Part shown: positions 27,519 through 32,000 of the stretch, one piece after another
Layout of the letters: every line of letters begins with the position of its first letter
How positions within the stretch are numbered: the first letter of the stretch is position 1
NCBI RefSeq assembly: GCF_900232105.1
Contig: NZ_LT934425.1
Span: 3,900,001 to 3,932,000, forward strand
Length of the DNA stretch: 32,000 nucleotides
DNA from: Candidatus Kuenenia stuttgartensis
GTDB lineage: Bacteria > Planctomycetota > Brocadiia > Brocadiales > Brocadiaceae
Reading direction: 5' to 3'
Translations under genes and position numbers: made by a program
The notes under the pieces: model-generated
The model's database searches: none
The model's input: the letters and a program-made list of their open reading frames with translations, nothing else
Told to the model about the DNA's origin: nothing

Positions 27519-27788
27519 ATGAAGGTGTTGACAATATCATCCAAAGGGCAAATTGCAATACCAAAGGAGATAAGGGATTTTTTGCATATCAAAGAGGGCG
27601 ACAGACTGGTTTATAAGATAGACAGGGGCAGGATTGTATTGGAGCCTGTAGTAAGCGTCCCACGTTCACAGTCGTACTTCTGGACACCCGAAGTACAGGA
27701 GAAGGTTAAAAATGCTGATGAGAATTTTAAGACGGGCAATTTCAAGACGTATAAGGTAGATAAATTTATAAAGGAATTAAAGGCGTGA
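27519..27788 (+). CDS. AbrB/MazE-family antitoxin
   Basis: MKVLTISSKGQIAIPKEIRDFLHIKEGDRLVYKIDRGRIVLEPV. Confidence 0.9.
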   Translation: MKVLTISSKGQIAIPKEIRDFLHIKEGDRLVYKIDRGRIVLEPVVSVPRSQSYFWTPEVQEKVKNADENFKTGNFKTYKVDKFIKELKA

Positions 27789-28048
27789 GCGGGTATCTTA
27801 TTGCCGTAGAACCCGAATTCTTCCCACAGTACGACAGTCTGCCTAAAGAGATAAAGAAGAAGTTTAAGAAACAATTAACCTGTCTGAAAGGCAATCCAAA
27901 GCACAATTCATTACAGATGCACAAACTTGAAGGTACGGACTTCTGGGAATTTTATGTTGATAAGGGCTATCGCTGTGTCTTTAAACTAGAGGGTAATGTT
28001 TTCAAGCTTTATTTTATAGGGACACATAAATTGATTGATAATTTTTAA
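27785..28048 (+). CDS. RelE/ParE-superfamily toxin, GTG start
   Basis: LPKEIKKKFKKQLTCLKGNPKHNSLQMHKLEG...WEFYVDKGYRCVFKLEGNVFKLYFIGTHKLID; 4-nt overlap with the antitoxin gene. Confidence 0.85.
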   Translation: MSGYLIAVEPEFFPQYDSLPKEIKKKFKKQLTCLKGNPKHNSLQMHKLEGTDFWEFYVDKGYRCVFKLEGNVFKLYFIGTHKLIDNF

Positions 28049-28089
28049 TAATTAAAGTTTGTCTTTTATCCTATGTATAGTGTAAAAAA

Positions 28090-28108
28090 CAAAAAACTAA
28101 AGTGTTAC
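28090..28108 (+). repeat. Solo copy of the shared terminal sequence between the TA module and leuA
   Basis: CAAAAAACTAAAGTGTTAC; reverse complement GTAACACTTTAGTTTTTTG. Confidence 0.5.
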
Positions 28109-28153
28109 AAAAACTTTGAAGGTCTCATTTAATTATATTGGCAAAAGGATGTT

Positions 28154-29659
28154 ATGGATAATATCATTATTTTTGATACAACTTTGCGTGATGGGGAACA
28201 GTCGCCAGGCGCCAGCCTTGATATTGGGGAAAAGCTACAGATAGCACGACAGTTGGCATTGTTAAATGTTGATGTAATTGAAGCGGGCTTTCCGATTGCG
28301 TCTCCGGGCGATTTTCAGTCCGTGAGCAATATAGCAAAGGAAATTCGCGGTGTTTCCATTGCTGCACTTGCCCGCGCAATGGAAAAGGATATAGACAGTG
28401 CGGCAAAGGCATTGGAAAAAGCGGAAAAGCCTCGGATTCATATTTTTCTCGCCACTTCCGAGATTCACAGAAAATACAAATTGCTTAAAGCAAAAGATGA
28501 AATAATTAATTTGGCAGTGAAGGCTGTTGCTTATGCCCGAAAATTTGTTGAGGATATAGAGTTTTCTTCGGAGGATGCTTCCCGCACGGAGATGGATTTT
28601 CTTGCCCAGGTCGTTGAGTCTGTTATTGCAGCAGGCGCCACAACCGTTAATATTCCCGATACTGTTGGTTATGCAGTGCCCGAACATTATGCGTCAATAA
28701 TTACCGGATTAAAAGAAAAGGTAAAGAATATCAGCAAAGCTGTTTTAAGCGTACATTGTCATAATGATCTTGGTTTGGCAGTGGCTAACTCATTGGCGGC
28801 GGTAAAAGCAGGCGCAAAACAAGTGGAATGCACCATGAATGGATTGGGGGAACGGGCGGGGAATGCCGCTTTGGAAGAGGTAGTTATGGCGATAAAAACA
28901 CGTCAGGATTACTATCGCTGTTCAACTCGCATCAAAACAAGGGAATTAACAAATTCAAGCCGGCTTGTGAGTGTGTTAACGGGGATGCGTGTTCAGAGGA
29001 ATAAGGCAATTGTAGGCGAAAATGCGTTTGCACATCAATCCGGCGTCCATCAGGATGGTGTGCTCAAGGAGAGAACCACATACGAAATTATGCATCCAGA
29101 AGACATTGGACTTCAGAAAACAAAAATCGTGTTAGGGAAATTATCAGGCAGGCACGCTTTTAAAGAAAGAATTAAGGAGTTAGGGTATGATTTGACGGAG
29201 ATTGAATTTGAAAAGGCTTTTGAAGAATTCAAACGGCTTGCTGACAAGAAGAAGGAGATATTTGATGAAGAAATAGAAGCTATTATCGATACGGAAAAGA
29301 TGGAAATTCCTCACATTTTCCAGTTAGAAAGTTTAAGCATTAGCTGCGGGCCAAATGTTGTGCCAACTGCAGGCGTTCGGATCAGATTGAGTGATGGAAG
29401 TGTTGCTGATAATGCGACAATAGGCGACGGCCCCATAGACGCGCTTTTTAAGGCTATCGATCTTGCTACCGGAATTTCAGGTAAGTTACTTGATTATCAT
29501 ATTCAGGCTATTACCAGTGGAAAGGACGCCATGGGCGAGGTTTACGTAAATGTTGATATACACGGGAAGAATGTGAAAGGCCGTGCGGTAAGTACTGACA
29601 TCATTGAGGCGAGTGCAAAAGCCTATTTAAATGCATTAAATAAAGTGGCTGCAAAATAA
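28154..29659 (+). CDS. leuA: 2-isopropylmalate synthase
   Basis: [19 protein letters not shown]; [16 protein letters not shown]; [21 protein letters not shown]; [16 protein letters not shown]. Confidence 0.95.
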   Translation: MDNIIIFDTTLRDGEQSPGASLDIGEKLQIARQLALLNVDVIEAGFPIASPGDFQSVSNIAKEIRGVSIAALARAMEKDIDSAAKALEKAEKPRIHIFLATSEIHRKYKLLKAKDEIINLAVKAVAYARKFVEDIEFSSEDASRTEMDFLAQVVESVIAAGATTVNIPDTVGYAVPEHYASIITGLKEKVKNISKAVLSVHCHNDLGLAVANSLAAVKAGAKQVECTMNGLGERAGNAALEEVVMAIKTRQDYYRCSTRIKTRELTNSSRLVSVLTGMRVQRNKAIVGENAFAHQSGVHQDGVLKERTTYEIMHPEDIGLQKTKIVLGKLSGRHAFKERIKELGYDLTEIEFEKAFEEFKRLADKKKEIFDEEIEAIIDTEKMEIPHIFQLESLSISCGPNVVPTAGVRIRLSDGSVADNATIGDGPIDALFKAIDLATGISGKLLDYHIQAITSGKDAMGEVYVNVDIHGKNVKGRAVSTDIIEASAKAYLNALNKVAAK

Positions 29660-29663
29660 ACCC

Positions 29664-31148
29664 ATGATCTGTGTACCAATAGTTGCAAATAATAATAACG
29701 ATGCCATTCACGACATGGAATGTGCATCAAAAATTGCCGATGCTGTCGAGTTGCGTATTGATTACATTCATGATTTGAATTTACGGCAGATACTGGGAAA
29801 ATGTACGAAGCCTGTTATCGTCACAAACCGTCCGGTTCGGGAAGGGGGAAAGTTCAGAGGAACTGAAGAAGAAAGACTACAATTGCTGAAACAGGCAATA
29901 CAACTGCAAGCCGATTATGTAGATATAGAACATGACAGCATCCGGAACGTTAAAAAAAACGGAAATGCCCTGTTTGCCGCCAGCAAAACTAAAATAATTG
30001 TCTCTTATCATAATTTCAGGGAAACTCCTGAAAATCTTTCGGAAATATACAATACATTATTTCAGAGTGGTGCTGATATTGTAAAGATTGTTACTCATGC
30101 GAATTCGATAACCGATAATATTAAAATATACCAGCTTCTTCAGCAGTCAAAAATACCCATAATTTCATTTTGTATGGGCGAATACGGAATAATCAGTCGT
30201 ATATTATATAAAATATTTGGCAGTTATTTGACTTTTGCATCACTTCAGAAAGGAAAAGAATCCGCCCCCGGCCAAATCAATATCGAAGAACTTTTAAATA
30301 GGTATAATATTAAAAACCAAAACAAGCATACCGCAGTGTATGGTTTAATTGGCAATCCTGTTTCTCACAGTATTAGTCCAGTGATTCATAATGCACTTTT
30401 TAAAGAAATAGGCATGAATTGTGTTTATGTTCCTTTTAAAGTGGATGAAATTGGCAGATTTATTTCTGAATTTAAAAAATTAAATATTTCAGGGTACAGC
30501 GTTACTATTCCTCATAAAGAATCGATAATAAATTATCTTGATGACGCGGATCCGATTGCCAAAAAAATTGGTGCGGTAAATACTGTGGTAAACAAAAATA
30601 ACCGTTTGATAGGTTTTAATACTGATTTGGAAGCTGCCGTTACCGTGCTCGCAGAGGTTGCGAATGTATCTGGCCATACTGCAGCGGATGCTTGCTTTAA
30701 AAACAAGCATGTTACTATTATTGGAGCAGGGGGTGTTGCACGTGCGATTGCCTTTGGGTTAAAAATGTATGGCGCCGATATTACACTCGTTAGTAGAAAT
30801 CACAATCGTATGCAATCACTTGCCGGCGAAGTTGGTTGTTCCTTTACCAATAAGAATGGTTTGCAAAATTTGGAAACGGACATATTCGTTAATGCAACAC
30901 CGGTGGGTATGTATCCCTCAATAAATGAGACGCCCGTTGATAGAAAACTTTTGAAGCCGAATATGATTGTTTTTGACACTATTTATAATCCTCCCGAAAC
31001 GAAATTAATAAAAGATGCAAAGGAAATAGGCTGTAAAACGGTGGGGGGGATGCCTATGTTTATTCGCCAGGCAGCAGCGCAGTTTAGATTGTGGACGGAT
31101 ACAGAACCACCTCTGAATATAATAGAAAATATTGCATACAATGCCTAG
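29664..31148 (+). CDS. aroDE: Bifunctional 3-dehydroquinate dehydratase (type I) / shikimate dehydrogenase
   Basis: N-terminus: ADAVELRIDYI, KPVIVTNRPVREGGKF, FCMGEYGIISR. C-terminus: YGLIGNPVSHSISPVIHNALF, YSVTIPHKESI, TIIGAGGVARAIAFGL. Confidence 0.93.
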   Translation: MICVPIVANNNNDAIHDMECASKIADAVELRIDYIHDLNLRQILGKCTKPVIVTNRPVREGGKFRGTEEERLQLLKQAIQLQADYVDIEHDSIRNVKKNGNALFAASKTKIIVSYHNFRETPENLSEIYNTLFQSGADIVKIVTHANSITDNIKIYQLLQQSKIPIISFCMGEYGIISRILYKIFGSYLTFASLQKGKESAPGQINIEELLNRYNIKNQNKHTAVYGLIGNPVSHSISPVIHNALFKEIGMNCVYVPFKVDEIGRFISEFKKLNISGYSVTIPHKESIINYLDDADPIAKKIGAVNTVVNKNNRLIGFNTDLEAAVTVLAEVANVSGHTAADACFKNKHVTIIGAGGVARAIAFGLKMYGADITLVSRNHNRMQSLAGEVGCSFTNKNGLQNLETDIFVNATPVGMYPSINETPVDRKLLKPNMIVFDTIYNPPETKLIKDAKEIGCKTVGGMPMFIRQAAAQFRLWTDTEPPLNIIENIAYNA

Positions 31149-31246
31149 CAAATACGTTTTGATGTCGGGTTTTCTCATACTGAAGTAAGGGATATGGACG
31201 TTCGTTTAATGTTCATTGATAATAAACGTATTAATGAGGATCAGGA

Positions 31247-31810
31247 TTGAACATTTTTTTAATTGGTTTTCGAGGCACCGGAAAAACTTCTGTAGGCAAA
31301 ATACTCGCTCAACGATTAAATAGGAAATATATTGATGCGGATGAGTATTTGGAGCAAAAAGAAGGAAAAACCATAAAAGACATATTTGAAGAATGCGACG
31401 AAGGGAAATTCCGGGAAATAGAATCGGACGTAATTGCTGAGTTGTGTTTGCAAAATAACACGGTTATTGCTACCGGCGGGGGAGTGGTTATTAAAGAGGA
31501 AAATGTAAAGAGGATGAAAAAGTGCGGTGTTGCCATTCTTCTGGAAGCGGATGCTGATACTCTGTATAAACGAATAAAAGGAGACATTACCTCAACTACT
31601 AAAAGGCCTGGCCTGACAAATTATGGGGAATATCAGGAAATCCGGTATCTTTTGGGAAAAAGAAAACCATTATATGATAAGACGGCTGATTTTGTTGTAA
31701 ACACCGGAAAGATGTCAATAGATGAAGCGGCAGGTAAAATAGCGTCTTTTATAGAAAATTATGTGATGGATTTTGATAAAGGGCAAGATCCTTCTCTGAC
31801 AATGCAATAA
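31247..31810 (+). CDS. aroK: Shikimate kinase, TTG start
   Basis: NIFLIGFRGTGKTSVGKILAQRLNRKYIDADEYLE; VIATGGGVV; KRKPLYDKTADFVV. GAGG upstream. Confidence 0.93.
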   Translation: MNIFLIGFRGTGKTSVGKILAQRLNRKYIDADEYLEQKEGKTIKDIFEECDEGKFREIESDVIAELCLQNNTVIATGGGVVIKEENVKRMKKCGVAILLEADADTLYKRIKGDITSTTKRPGLTNYGEYQEIRYLLGKRKPLYDKTADFVVNTGKMSIDEAAGKIASFIENYVMDFDKGQDPSLTMQ

Positions 31811-31899
31811 ATTGAAATTCATTGCAGGCACTGGTTCTCTAACACCTTTCCCGATGATTTGATATTAAAATGTACCGTATAAATTTTGTTTAATAGGAA

Positions 31900-32000
31900 T
31901 TATGACCTGGTGCTGTTTATTTCCTTAACTAATTTTCTGATTAATTTTTCATAAGATTTAACAACGTTTTCTTTCGCATTTGTATCAATGCGTTTTAATG
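31900..32000 (-). CDS. C-terminal end of an unidentified minus-strand gene running off the window
   Basis: Open minus frame ...LKRIDTNAKENVVKSYEKLIRKLVKEINSTRS* from 32000 to the stop at 31900-31902. Confidence 0.35.
   Translation of the reverse strand, partial: LKRIDTNAKENVVKSYEKLIRKLVKEINSTRS

Noticed and set aside
1-32000. CRISPR array, tRNA or rRNA genes
   Set aside because: No regularly spaced direct repeats of 24-40 bp and no tRNA/rRNA-like conserved segments were recognised by eye. A tRNAscan-SE/Infernal and CRISPR finder run would be decisive.

Overview
Mosaic bacterial window. It has a mobile-element-rich left end (about 1-6000), a metabolic core, and a few accessory modules. The gene content would fit an anammox-type planctomycete, but that is inference only. 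Left end: the end of an IS with a DruA-like (DUF4338) gene overlapping an IS66-like transposase; decayed IS1380 and group II intron maturase fragments; and a four-gene transposon-like operon on the minus strand (zinc-ribbon protein, DDE/Mu-type transposase split by a frameshift and an in-frame TAG, ExeA/TniB-like AAA+ ATPase, CHC2-type zinc-finger protein). Middle: a GNAT-C39 peptidase-like fusion paired with an RLAN/RimK-type ATP-grasp enzyme through an 18-codon micro-ORF; a sulfur-transfer cassette (cysteine desulfurase, ThiF/MoeB, ATC-hydrolase-like, NifU-like, DUF1858); CcsA/HemX-like plus hemA; queC and queE; an intact IS1380 element with hairpins at its tips; and rlmH. Right: an AbiEii-like nucleotidyltransferase pair, cobM, secreted proteins, a TPR protein, an AbrB/RelE-type toxin-antitoxin pair, leuA, aroDE and aroK. 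The most interesting signals are: (1) a perfect 8-bp hairpin that sequesters the Shine-Dalgarno of the split transposase just after the stop of the upstream gene; (2) a terminal sequence GTAACAYTTTAGTTYTTTG shared by the DUF4338/IS66-like IS end, a 171-bp miniature element, and two solo sites; (3) the micro-ORF-coupled C39/ATP-grasp peptide-modification pair. No tRNA, rRNA or CRISPR array was recognised.
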